From: Calditrichales bacterium
GTDB taxonomy: Bacteria > Calditrichota > Calditrichia > Calditrichales > J004
DNA length: 64,000 nt
Reading direction: 5' to 3'
Assembly (NCBI GenBank): GCA_965267575.1
Contig: OZ254086.1
Location: 896,001 to 960,000, forward strand
Under the pieces are notes generated by a model, which was not told the DNA's origin, made no database searches, and saw only the letters and a program-made list of their open reading frames with translations. Below, piece after piece: positions 10,092-18,926 of the stretch (position 1 is its first letter; the number at the start of each line of letters is the position of its first letter). Both the position numbers and the translations under genes were made by a program.

Positions 10092-11456
10092 TTATTTGAC
10101 CAGTTCCACGATAAAAGCCTGCCATGGTTCCAGCTTAAGCTCGTTTTCACGGCAATCCAGCTGTTTGCTGCTGTTAAATAACTCGCGGCACCTGCCCAAT
10201 CTTCCGGCAAGCGTAGCCGGCATCTGCAGCTTCCGTTCTTCGCCGCGCATGTTTGCGCCAACCAGGAGCGGTTTATCTCCCGGCTTTTCGTAAAGCAACA
10301 CATCGGGGATGGCGTTGTGCACGTGCTGCCGTATATCGCCGGAAGTCATTAAGGGGTATGCTTTTCTTAAATCAATCAACCGCTTGTAGATTGCGTTTAT
10401 GTCCGCATCGCCATTCTCCCATTCAATAGGCTCGTGTTCAAAAAGAGAAGGCTTATGCATGGCACCAATCTCCTGCCCGTTGTAAACAAGCGGCAGCCCG
10501 TCGAACGTATAAACAACAACCAGAAATGGAATCTGCTCTTTTACGCCAAAGACTTTTGCCGCGCGCTGCTTGTCATGGTTCTCCAGAAAGCGCAACGGTA
10601 ACGCGTTTTGCGGGTAGTAGTCGCGGCGCAGCCTTTGCCATTCAAGCAAAACATGGGCCGATTCTTTCCCTTCGCGCACTAACACCATCAGTTCATTCAA
10701 GACCCAGTCGTAGGTGCTGTGAAAAGCGCGCCGGTGCAGCATGGCGCCATCCCACTCGGCCAGCATGTAAATATTTGGATTGATCGCTTCCAGTTCGGGG
10801 ATGAGTTTTTTCCAAAAATCCAGCGGTACCATGCCCGCCACGTCACAGCGGAAACCATCCAGGTTGAACTTTTCCAGCCAGTATTTGATGACGCCGCGCA
10901 TATGTTCACGCGTTTCGGGATTATCATAATTGAGATCGGTAATATCGCTCCAGCCGGCAACTTTGCGCTTTGGGTTGCCCTTTTCGTCACGTTGGATCAG
11001 TCCCGGTTCATTTTCCAGCAGACGGTAATCCGGCGCCACGTGGTTGGCCACCATATCGATAATGATGTGCATGCCGCGTTTATGCACCTCATTCACCAGT
11101 TCGCGCAGCTTATTTTCTCCGCCGTATTCAGCATTAAGCGTGTAATAATCACGCACGGCATAGGGGCAGCCCTGTGAGCCTTTGCGATCCTTCTCACCGA
11201 TCTCCCAGACGGGCATCAGCCAGAGTACATCAAAGCCCTGTTCCTTTAGATGGTCAAGTCTCTGCGTGAGAGCGCGGAACGTACGCTGCTGCGAGAAATT
11301 GCGCAGGTAAACCTCATAGAGTGTTTTGCCGGAAAGCCAATCGGGAACGGCAGGTCCTTCACACACCTTGCGGGAAAGCTCGCGGTGCAAGACGCGTTCA
11401 ACGGCATCATCCTTTACTTTGGAAATAATCTCACGAAAACGCTGCTCGTCTTTCAT
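10092..11456 (-). CDS. Cytoplasmic GH13 alpha-amylase/maltodextrin-active hydrolase
   Basis: DMVANH, DGFRCDVAG, LAEW and ENHD; no signal peptide. Confidence 0.9.
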   Translation of the reverse strand: MKDEQRFREIISKVKDDAVERVLHRELSRKVCEGPAVPDWLSGKTLYEVYLRNFSQQRTFRALTQRLDHLKEQGFDVLWLMPVWEIGEKDRKGSQGCPYAVRDYYTLNAEYGGENKLRELVNEVHKRGMHIIIDMVANHVAPDYRLLENEPGLIQRDEKGNPKRKVAGWSDITDLNYDNPETREHMRGVIKYWLEKFNLDGFRCDVAGMVPLDFWKKLIPELEAINPNIYMLAEWDGAMLHRRAFHSTYDWVLNELMVLVREGKESAHVLLEWQRLRRDYYPQNALPLRFLENHDKQRAAKVFGVKEQIPFLVVVYTFDGLPLVYNGQEIGAMHKPSLFEHEPIEWENGDADINAIYKRLIDLRKAYPLMTSGDIRQHVHNAIPDVLLYEKPGDKPLLVGANMRGEERKLQMPATLAGRLGRCRELFNSSKQLDCRENELKLEPWQAFIVELVK

Positions 11457-12277
11457 CCCACACTCATGGCTTCCGATTTCTGCAACAGCACCTGCAACTG
11501 GTCGGTATCGCCCTTTTGCATCTCCGTCACCGTCTGCGACACATCGATGCCATTACGCATGCCAAACAAAGTAATATCGAGAATGATATGGTTCGTGGCT
11601 ATATCAACGATGGCCGTGTTTTGCGTCCAGGCCGTCTTTTTAGGCAGCTTGTTATCGGCGTCCCCCATTAGCAACTCCTTTTGATCCACCACCAAAATGA
11701 TTTTATGATTCCATATGCGCATCAGCTCGCGCTCCGGCAGGTTGTAGCTGTACACACAATCTCCCTTTTCAGCCAACTCGGTAAAAGAAAAAAGGATGAC
11801 CTTTACACCGCGTTTACGTGCCTGCTTCAACTCCGAGCGCAGCATACCGGCTTCACGGCTCCACACCGACAAATAAATGCATTTTCGCGCCTTTTCAACC
11901 ATCTCGCGCGCTTTATGGATCATGTTTTCATAACCAACGATGTTCCACAGGTGGCCCGGCTCTATGGCCGTTTCGAATGTTTTCATCGATTTGCGCACAT
12001 CTTCTACACGCTCACGGAACTGGCGCTCCAGCAGATCAAAAAGCTGGTCCGGCGGCAGAGGCGTGTACTTTTGCGGCTCGGTATAAAGTCCGTTAACGGC
12101 ACCCATCGCTTCCAGCTTGCTGATTACGTCGTAAATAGCCGAACGCGGGACGCCGGAATGTTTGCTCAGCTCATAGCGGGTTGCCGGGTGGTTTTGCAAA
12201 AGCGAGACATACGCTTTAGCCTCGTAGGTTGTAAAGCCCAGTTTTTTCATGCGCAGGGCAATATCATCTAATGCCAT
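11453..12277 (-). CDS. TrmB-family transcriptional regulator
   Basis: Start at ATG 12277 (MALDDIALRMKKLGFTTYEAKAYVSLL...LSKHSGVPRSAIYDVISKL); wHTH plus C-terminal effector domain. Confidence 0.88.
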   Translation of the reverse strand: MALDDIALRMKKLGFTTYEAKAYVSLLQNHPATRYELSKHSGVPRSAIYDVISKLEAMGAVNGLYTEPQKYTPLPPDQLFDLLERQFRERVEDVRKSMKTFETAIEPGHLWNIVGYENMIHKAREMVEKARKCIYLSVWSREAGMLRSELKQARKRGVKVILFSFTELAEKGDCVYSYNLPERELMRIWNHKIILVVDQKELLMGDADNKLPKKTAWTQNTAIVDIATNHIILDITLFGMRNGIDVSQTVTEMQKGDTDQLQVLLQKSEAMSVG

Positions 12278-13472
12278 AAATTGTCCGATCGTTAAAAATG
12301 TAAAGGAGAGCATCATCCAGATGTCCACCCCATTGTCCCCAGTTATGCCCTTCGGCATAAACATCGCTGTTAAATGAAGCGTCCTTCTCCGTCAAAAAAG
12401 TCCGAAGTCGGCTATGAACGCTGTCCTGGTTTTCAAAGCTGCCAAAACTGTAATAAAGCTTTGTCTCCGGAAACGAAGCATCTTCCAGCTCGTCCAGAAT
12501 GCGCAGACTGTCGATCCAGAAAGAGCCGGACTGCGAAAAGACGGCTTGCAGTTCCCCCGCGTAATCCTTTAAAGCATAAAATGATATCAGACCGCCGAGC
12601 GAAGCGCCGCCCATAATCAGGGGCGCATTTTCCGCAAAACCGTACTTTGCTTTTGCTTCCGGAATAACCTCTTCAAAAATCAGGCGCAGGAATTCATCGC
12701 TCATGCGATATTCTTTCATGCGATCAAGCGGATTTATGAAAAGGGCGTTAAGCGCAGGAATGGCGTTTTCCGATATGAGATTATCCAGGATCACGGCAGC
12801 ATTGGCCAAACGCAAATAATCTGAGCCGTCATGAAAAATAATCAGCGGAGAAGCCGGTGTTGCCCGCTGATTGCGGTACACATAAACCTCCCGCTCCGGC
12901 GCTTTTTGGCTCTTCGCTAAGCTTATCGTATCCAACTGTGTATAACTGCGGTCTTTTCGCATCAGCCACTCATCAGGGTATTCATAATGCGGCATGAGCA
13001 GCAGCGAGTTTTCGCCGAAACCGCCCCTGGCAGTTCGCGCATTGAGGCTGTCGAGCTGGTATTCTCCGGCGACTACAATCTTGTACTCCAGACGCGCATC
13101 CGCGGGAAATACGACCTGGGCGTAGTAAAGGTCGGTATCCACTATTCGCAGCATGGGGATGCCTTTGGGCCGCCAGCCCGACATATCACCTGTTACATAA
13201 ACGGGCAGGTCTTTTTTATTACGGTACAAAAAATAGACGAGGCTGTCTTCGATAAGCGGATAATTTTCGAAACTACCCAGCCAGTTGTCTATAAAAAGCT
13301 GTCGTTGTTCCCCCTCCACACCGGCAGCTTCATGCAGCGTTTCTATAAAATCTTTTTTTTCTTCCGCGCAGCCACAGAAAGCCAATAAAAACGCTGAAGC
13401 CGCGAGAAAACAGGCTTTGACGGAAATTGTGGATAACTTGTGGATAAACGCCGTTCTGAGAGCTGTCCTCAT
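12264..13472 (-). CDS. Lipoprotein alpha/beta-hydrolase esterase (Fes/CE1-like) with N-terminal CBM48-like module
   Basis: FCGC lipobox; VYVTGDMSGW..EYKIVV module; nucleophile motif GASLGG; EGHNW His. Confidence 0.8.
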   Translation of the reverse strand: MRTALRTAFIHKLSTISVKACFLAASAFLLAFCGCAEEKKDFIETLHEAAGVEGEQRQLFIDNWLGSFENYPLIEDSLVYFLYRNKKDLPVYVTGDMSGWRPKGIPMLRIVDTDLYYAQVVFPADARLEYKIVVAGEYQLDSLNARTARGGFGENSLLLMPHYEYPDEWLMRKDRSYTQLDTISLAKSQKAPEREVYVYRNQRATPASPLIIFHDGSDYLRLANAAVILDNLISENAIPALNALFINPLDRMKEYRMSDEFLRLIFEEVIPEAKAKYGFAENAPLIMGGASLGGLISFYALKDYAGELQAVFSQSGSFWIDSLRILDELEDASFPETKLYYSFGSFENQDSVHSRLRTFLTEKDASFNSDVYAEGHNWGQWGGHLDDALLYIFNDRTIYGIR

Positions 13473-13633
13473 TATTACAAAATGCCTTGTTTAGCGCATG
13501 TCTGCATGCAATAACACAACTAAACCTTTGTTATTAAACGATTTACTTTGATGCGCGCGCCGGACGATTTTTCGCTTGTTGTGTAAACATCAATCACACA
13601 ATCGTAATATTTTATCTTTTGCGCTGTGGATAA
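13428..13633. promoter_or_regulatory. DnaA-box cluster (three perfect boxes, one relaxed) with an IHF-like site
   Basis: TGTGGATAA at 13428-13436, 13439-13447 and 13625-13633; TGTGTAAAC at 13580-13588; TAAACCTTTGTTA at 13521-13533. Confidence 0.65.
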
Positions 13634-13638
13634 TTCGC

Positions 13639-15465
13639 TTATTCGGGGTCGTCCGGCCCCGTATCCACTTCGTCGTTCAAATGACGGTACCATGAGAAAT
13701 AAAGCACCACTGAGGTGACGATCAAAATCGTTAGAACTGCAAAAAACTTGTCCCACTCCCTGGCCATAAGCATCATCCAGGTCAGGAACAGCGAAAGCTG
13801 CCAGGGCACCGCAAAAAAGATTGAGAAAATGTCGCGCCTGTTTTCTTTATTTATCTTCTCCGCCACTGCATCGGGCAGCTGCTTTTTAATGTGTCCCCAT
13901 AACCCAAAGGGTCGTGTTTTTTTGTAGAAGCGAAGCAGTACCTTTTCTTCGGTTTTGGGCGTAAGCAGCGTTACGACGATAATACCCACCAGCGACATTC
14001 CTGCCGCAAACGAAAACGCAAAGTATTCCGGGATATCGGGCCAGAAGATGCGCTGGTAAAAAGCTGCCAGCATCCCCATAATGGTTCCCGCCGTAAAGCC
14101 ATAGCCGTTAAAGCGCCACCAATACCAGCGCACAAGCATGGGCACAATCAGCCCCGCACCGATACCCATGGTAAGCCAGCCCCAAATGTCGTTGATATTG
14201 CGAATGAAGACGCTGAACGCAAGGCCCAGAAGCACGATGATTACGCTTGACCAGCGTGAATGCCTCATCATGGTTGCTTCGCTGGCCTTCGGGTTGATGT
14301 AAGCCTGGTAAATATCCTTTACCCAGTAAGCGGCGCCGGCATTTACCGTGGAGTCGAATGTCGACATGGCCGCCGCCATAAGACCGGCCACAAGAAATCC
14401 CTTAACGCCGATCGGAACAAGCTGGTTGATCACTACCGGCAGCACCGTTTCCGGATCATCGATCACACCGTGCGTCATGCCATAACCAATTCCCATCATG
14501 GCAATCGAAATAATAAAAGGCCAGCGGAAACTAAGCAGAAAGGTCCAGAAGAAAGAAAGCAATCCGGCTTCTTTATCACTTTTGGCGGCGAAGTAGCGTT
14601 GAATCATGTAGCCGCTTGTACCGCCGCTGCCTTCGATGGTTACCTTGAGCAGGTAAAACAAAATGGCTACCCCAAAAAGATTATAAATGGCGTAATGCGA
14701 GTCCGGGTCAATATTGAGCGTCCACTCAGGCGTTATGTCGGTCCAGGCCGCCTTGGTCATCCAGAATTCTTCGTAGCCGCCCCCTTTCATCGGCAATGAG
14801 ATCAGGAACTCTTCCGGCAATACATATTGCGTAAAAGCGATAAAGCAGATTACAACAATGGTCCCGAAAATAATAACGCTTTGAAAAACATCTGTCCAGA
14901 CAACACCGTATAATCCGGAAGCCACCGTATAGATCATCGCCAGGAAAATCATAAGGGTTGCAGCCCAGAACTGCGGCGACAGGCCAAACATACCGGGTAT
15001 GCCCAGGAACTCGGCAATGAACTTACCCGAGCCGATGGCAAAATAAGTTATCATGGCGATCGTCATTACGATATTGGAGAATGCGGCGATAACACGGGCA
15101 ATATGGCCATCGCGCCGTTTTCCGAAGCGCAGGTTCATCCATTCGGCCAGTGTCATAACGTGGGCCCGGCGGTTCCACTTGCCCATAAAGATCATCAGGA
15201 AAGCCATAATCAGTGTAACCCCGCCGCGTATCTCGACAAAAAAGCCGCTGATACCAAGAGCGAAGACCAGGGCCACATTGATCATTGTTCCGCTGACATC
15301 CAGGTTGGACGACATGCCGGATGCGCCCAGCGCCCACCAGGGTATGCCGCGCTGCCCCAAAAAGTAAGACTCTATATCAGCCGAGGCCTTGCGCTGGAAG
15401 TACAGCCCCACCCCGATCATCGAAAGCAGGTAGACAATAACTATTCCATAATCAAGAGTACTCAT
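13639..15465 (-). CDS. Sodium:solute symporter family transporter (probable sugar symporter)
   Basis: Many TM helices; YFLGQRGIPWW, SGLYGVVWTD, QRYFAAKS and AAAMSTFDS. Confidence 0.9.
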   Translation of the reverse strand: MSTLDYGIVIVYLLSMIGVGLYFQRKASADIESYFLGQRGIPWWALGASGMSSNLDVSGTMINVALVFALGISGFFVEIRGGVTLIMAFLMIFMGKWNRRAHVMTLAEWMNLRFGKRRDGHIARVIAAFSNIVMTIAMITYFAIGSGKFIAEFLGIPGMFGLSPQFWAATLMIFLAMIYTVASGLYGVVWTDVFQSVIIFGTIVVICFIAFTQYVLPEEFLISLPMKGGGYEEFWMTKAAWTDITPEWTLNIDPDSHYAIYNLFGVAILFYLLKVTIEGSGGTSGYMIQRYFAAKSDKEAGLLSFFWTFLLSFRWPFIISIAMMGIGYGMTHGVIDDPETVLPVVINQLVPIGVKGFLVAGLMAAAMSTFDSTVNAGAAYWVKDIYQAYINPKASEATMMRHSRWSSVIIVLLGLAFSVFIRNINDIWGWLTMGIGAGLIVPMLVRWYWWRFNGYGFTAGTIMGMLAAFYQRIFWPDIPEYFAFSFAAGMSLVGIIVVTLLTPKTEEKVLLRFYKKTRPFGLWGHIKKQLPDAVAEKINKENRRDIFSIFFAVPWQLSLFLTWMMLMAREWDKFFAVLTILIVTSVVLYFSWYRHLNDEVDTGPDDPE

Positions 15466-15494
15466 GCTTCAGCTCCCTGTTTAGGAAAACACCG

Positions 15495-15653
15495 CTAGAA
15501 AATGGTGTAAATAAACGGTGCCAGCGCACTGCCCTGCGTTAAAACAATAAGCAGACCGAGGCTGATTAAGATGAAAATGATGGGAAAAAGCCACCACTTT
15601 TTATTTTCTTTCAAGAATGAAAAATATTCTGCAACAATACGTACTTTGGACAC
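15495..15653 (-). CDS. DUF5989/SxtK-like small membrane peptide (52 aa)
   Basis: Not in the ORF track. GTG start with GGAG RBS; MSKVRIVAEYFSFLKENKKWWLFPIIFILISLGLLIVLTQGSALAPFIYTIF*; KKWWLxP and SALAPFIYTxF are family signatures. Confidence 0.88.
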   Translation of the reverse strand: MSKVRIVAEYFSFLKENKKWWLFPIIFILISLGLLIVLTQGSALAPFIYTIF

Positions 15654-15733
15654 GATAAATCTCCATCTGGAATCACTGTAATAAACCCGGACACAGGCTT
15701 ATTGCAATGATTCGTCCGTTATGCTTTATGGAT

Positions 15734-15766
15734 AAAAATAAAAAGGAGGCGCAGGAGCGCCTCCTT
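15734..15766 (-). terminator. Intrinsic terminator ending the TBDR operon
   Basis: Minus strand reads AAGGAGGCGC-TCCT-GCGCCTCCTT followed by TTTATTTTT. Confidence 0.85.
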
Positions 15767-15783
15767 GTCAGATCAAACCACGC

Positions 15784-17817
15784 TTATTTCATCATTACCA
15801 TTTTACGTGTTTGTACAACGTCGCCGGCGCGCAGCTGGTAGAAATAGATTCCACTGCCAACCTGGACATTGCTGTTATCCAAACCATTCCATACCAGCTT
15901 ATGAGGTCCGGCCGTTAACTGACCGTTAACCAGCGTACGGATTGTACGACCGGTTACATCATAAACAACAAGCTGAACATCCGTAGCTTTGTTCAGAACA
16001 AACTCAATGTTTGTGCTGGGGTTGAAGGGGTTCGGATAGTTTTGGCGCAGGCTGATGCCTTCAGGAGCGATGATATCGCTGTAGTCATCGATAGCTGTTA
16101 CGCTGTCATAATAGGTACCGTTGGAACCGAATACACGGAATACCGGAGAAGTCGTAACATTGCCTGTATGGTTCTGGGCAAAACCGGCTTCGTTATCAAA
16201 ACCGTTAATGCCGTATTTCCAAACCATGTCCACACCGGCACCGGGGTTGAAGGTAACCGTAATCGACCAGACGTCATCACCGGCCGTAGCATCACCGTCC
16301 GTACCAGCGTCATTCATCTTCAGCGCTTCACGCGTGGGATCGCCGGGAGTAAGGTCCCATACCCAGGCCATTTCCGGATCAGTACCGGAGTGGCCGGAAG
16401 CGAGAAATACATCGTCAATGCTGCTTACATCACCGCCGCCAAAGGTAATGTTACCATACTGCTGCAGGTAACCGATAGCCGGAGTCATGTCAACTTCGAA
16501 AACGATGTTGGTTTCGGTTGTGAAAATATCATCCGGACCGATGTCGCTGAAATAAACCGTATCCAGGACAACTTCGCGGATGTCGTTACCGTTGCTGTCT
16601 TCTTCGTTACCAACGGCAAAGAAGGCACGGTTATCCGTATTGAATTTGGGATCAAAAGCACGGCTTTCCCACACGGTACCACTGCTGTTGGTAATGACAT
16701 ACTTGTAATAAACCGTGTCAGCAATCGGCGTAAGCGAATCTACCCAAATCGTTGAATAGAGGCTTGGATTGAACAGGTCCGGAGAAAGAATATCGCTCGG
16801 ACCGCTCCAGCCGTTGAAACTGCCGCGTACATCCAATGTGTCCGTAGCCGGATCAAATGTACCGGAAAGCTCCTGGATGGAGATGTCGCAGTTGAATACA
16901 ACTTCGAATTCATCTTTTTCGCCCGGCTCAATAACATAAAGATCGCCATTGGAGCCAAACTCACGGAAAACAGGCGATGTGCTTACATCACCCGTGTGGT
17001 TTTGGGCAAAGCCGGCTTCGTTATCATAGCCATTGATGCCGTATTTCCAAACCATGTCCGTACCGGCACCGGGGTTAAAGGTTACGGTAATGGACCAGAT
17101 ATCGTCTTCGGCAACCCTGTCACCATCCATACCGGAGTCATTCATCTTAAGCGCTTCACGCTTTGGATCGCCGGGTGTCAGGTCCCAAACCCAGGCCATT
17201 TCCGGGTCGGTGCCGGAGTGGCCGGAGGCCAGGAATACGTCATCGATGCTGGTAACATCGCCGCCGCCAAAAGTAATCTCGCCGTAGATATCGAGATAAT
17301 CGATGGCCGGAGTCATATCGACTTCAAAAACGACATCGGTTTCAGTCGTAAAAATATCGTCCGGGCTGATATCGCTGAAGTAGACGGTATCCAGAACAAC
17401 CTCTTTCAGGTCGTTTCCATTGTCGTCCGGCTCATTACCCGTGGCGAAGAAAGCGCGGTTATCGGTATTGAAATCCGGATCAAAAGCGCGGCTTTCCCAA
17501 ACGGTACCGCTGCTATTGGTTATTACGTACTTGTAATAAACCGTATCCTGAAGCGGAGTCAGTTCCAGTTCAACCAGAGTCGAATAGAGACTCGGATCAA
17601 ACAGATCCGGCGCCAGGATGTCGCTGGGACCGGCCCAGCCATTGAAGCTGCCGCGTACATCGAGCGTATCCGTTGCCGGATCAAATGTACCGGAGAGCTC
17701 CTGAACGGATATGTCGCAATTGAAAATCACTTCGAATGTTTCCGCTTCCTGGGCGAACGAAGTGGTAATCATAAAGAGCGACACTATCAGAGAGACGAAT
17801 GTAGCTTTGACTCTCAT
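15784..17817 (-). CDS. Secreted non-catalytic protein with two tandem carbohydrate-binding-like units and T9SS CTD
   Basis: Signal peptide; duplicated VRGSFNGW...YYKY (CBM20/SusE-like) and MNDxGxDGDxxAxDDxWS modules; QNYPNPFNP...RKMVMMK. Confidence 0.8.
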   Translation of the reverse strand: MRVKATFVSLIVSLFMITTSFAQEAETFEVIFNCDISVQELSGTFDPATDTLDVRGSFNGWAGPSDILAPDLFDPSLYSTLVELELTPLQDTVYYKYVITNSSGTVWESRAFDPDFNTDNRAFFATGNEPDDNGNDLKEVVLDTVYFSDISPDDIFTTETDVVFEVDMTPAIDYLDIYGEITFGGGDVTSIDDVFLASGHSGTDPEMAWVWDLTPGDPKREALKMNDSGMDGDRVAEDDIWSITVTFNPGAGTDMVWKYGINGYDNEAGFAQNHTGDVSTSPVFREFGSNGDLYVIEPGEKDEFEVVFNCDISIQELSGTFDPATDTLDVRGSFNGWSGPSDILSPDLFNPSLYSTIWVDSLTPIADTVYYKYVITNSSGTVWESRAFDPKFNTDNRAFFAVGNEEDSNGNDIREVVLDTVYFSDIGPDDIFTTETNIVFEVDMTPAIGYLQQYGNITFGGGDVSSIDDVFLASGHSGTDPEMAWVWDLTPGDPTREALKMNDAGTDGDATAGDDVWSITVTFNPGAGVDMVWKYGINGFDNEAGFAQNHTGNVTTSPVFRVFGSNGTYYDSVTAIDDYSDIIAPEGISLRQNYPNPFNPSTNIEFVLNKATDVQLVVYDVTGRTIRTLVNGQLTAGPHKLVWNGLDNSNVQVGSGIYFYQLRAGDVVQTRKMVMMK
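16108..17736. repeat. Intragenic tandem duplication with 828-bp (276-aa) period
   Basis: The FEVxFNCDIS units start at 17736 and 16908, with long identical peptide stretches. Confidence 0.9.
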
Positions 17818-17870
17818 AGATATACCTCCTGTTGATGGTTAGAGTAAAGGTTTTAAAATCCTGCACCCGC

Positions 17871-18890
17871 TTAAAGGCGCAGAAAAATGGTGAATTTCTG
17901 AACGTTATCAAGCCGCCCGAAATGCTCAAAGGCATAATCGAGCTGCATGTTGAGACCGCCAAAATCCTGACGGATGCCGCCACCCACGGTAAAGCCTTCT
18001 TCGCTGTCCGGCAGGAATAGTGCTTTGTAGCCGCCACGCAGCGCCAGCATATTGTCATACACATATTCGGCGCCGGCATTTACGCTTTGCGCGTTGTCAT
18101 TGGGGTGCATCACGTCGGACACAAGGGTCATTGTGTTTTTTTCGTTATTAACCAGATCGTAAGCCAGCCCAAACCGGAACAACAGGGGAAGGTCATACTG
18201 GCCCGTTTCCAGCAAAGCGTTAAGCTGATCATTATTACCGCTGATATTTTTATTTATGTCCACCTGCACCAGCAGGTCATCGCCGCTCATCTGCATTTTG
18301 CCGCCAAAGTTGGAGATGCTGATACCAAGACGCAGCCCGTCGAAAGGCGTGGTAAACAAGGCGCCCACGTCAAGGGCGAAACCGCTGGCCGAAGAGTTAT
18401 AGATATCTTCCTGAATGTATTTACCCGTGAAACCAATCATGAATTTGTCCGTCAGGCGACGGGCATAGGAGAGGCCTACGGCAAAACTTCCGGCCGAGAA
18501 CGTCACACCGGTACCTTCCGGATTGTCCTCCGTGGTCTGTTCAAATTCGCCCATATTCAGGTTGGTAATGCTCACGCCGAATACACCGGCCGTACCCACC
18601 GGCACCGCAACGCCGGCAAACTCAAAATTTATATCCGCCAGCCAATCGGAGTGGTTGAAAATTATTTCAGGTCTGTCGAGCTGGGCAATACCGCCAACGT
18701 TCCAGAACAACGCGGACGCGTCGTTGGAAACAGCGGTAAAAGCGCCGCCCATACTAAGCGGCCTTGCGCCAACACCGATGGTTAAGAAAGGAGCAGCCGT
18801 TGTACCCACCTTTGTAACGTCGCGCGCCTCGGCAACCACCTGGGCGCCCAGCAAAACGGTTATCACAAACAATGCGAGTTTTCGGTTCAT
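17871..18890 (-). CDS. PorV/PorQ (UPF0164)-family outer-membrane beta-barrel
   Basis: KVGTTAAPFLTIGVGARPLSMGGAFTAVSNDASALFWN; beta-strand pattern to the C-terminus. Confidence 0.85.
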   Translation of the reverse strand: MNRKLALFVITVLLGAQVVAEARDVTKVGTTAAPFLTIGVGARPLSMGGAFTAVSNDASALFWNVGGIAQLDRPEIIFNHSDWLADINFEFAGVAVPVGTAGVFGVSITNLNMGEFEQTTEDNPEGTGVTFSAGSFAVGLSYARRLTDKFMIGFTGKYIQEDIYNSSASGFALDVGALFTTPFDGLRLGISISNFGGKMQMSGDDLLVQVDINKNISGNNDQLNALLETGQYDLPLLFRFGLAYDLVNNEKNTMTLVSDVMHPNDNAQSVNAGAEYVYDNMLALRGGYKALFLPDSEEGFTVGGGIRQDFGGLNMQLDYAFEHFGRLDNVQKFTIFLRL

Positions 18891-18926
18891 AGTGCTAACC
18901 TCTTCCCGATAAATCGTTTCTCGTTG

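Noticed and set aside
16042-17835. Two similar plus-strand ORFs (237 and 279 aa)
   Set aside because: Antisense shadows of the intragenic duplication in 15784-17817.
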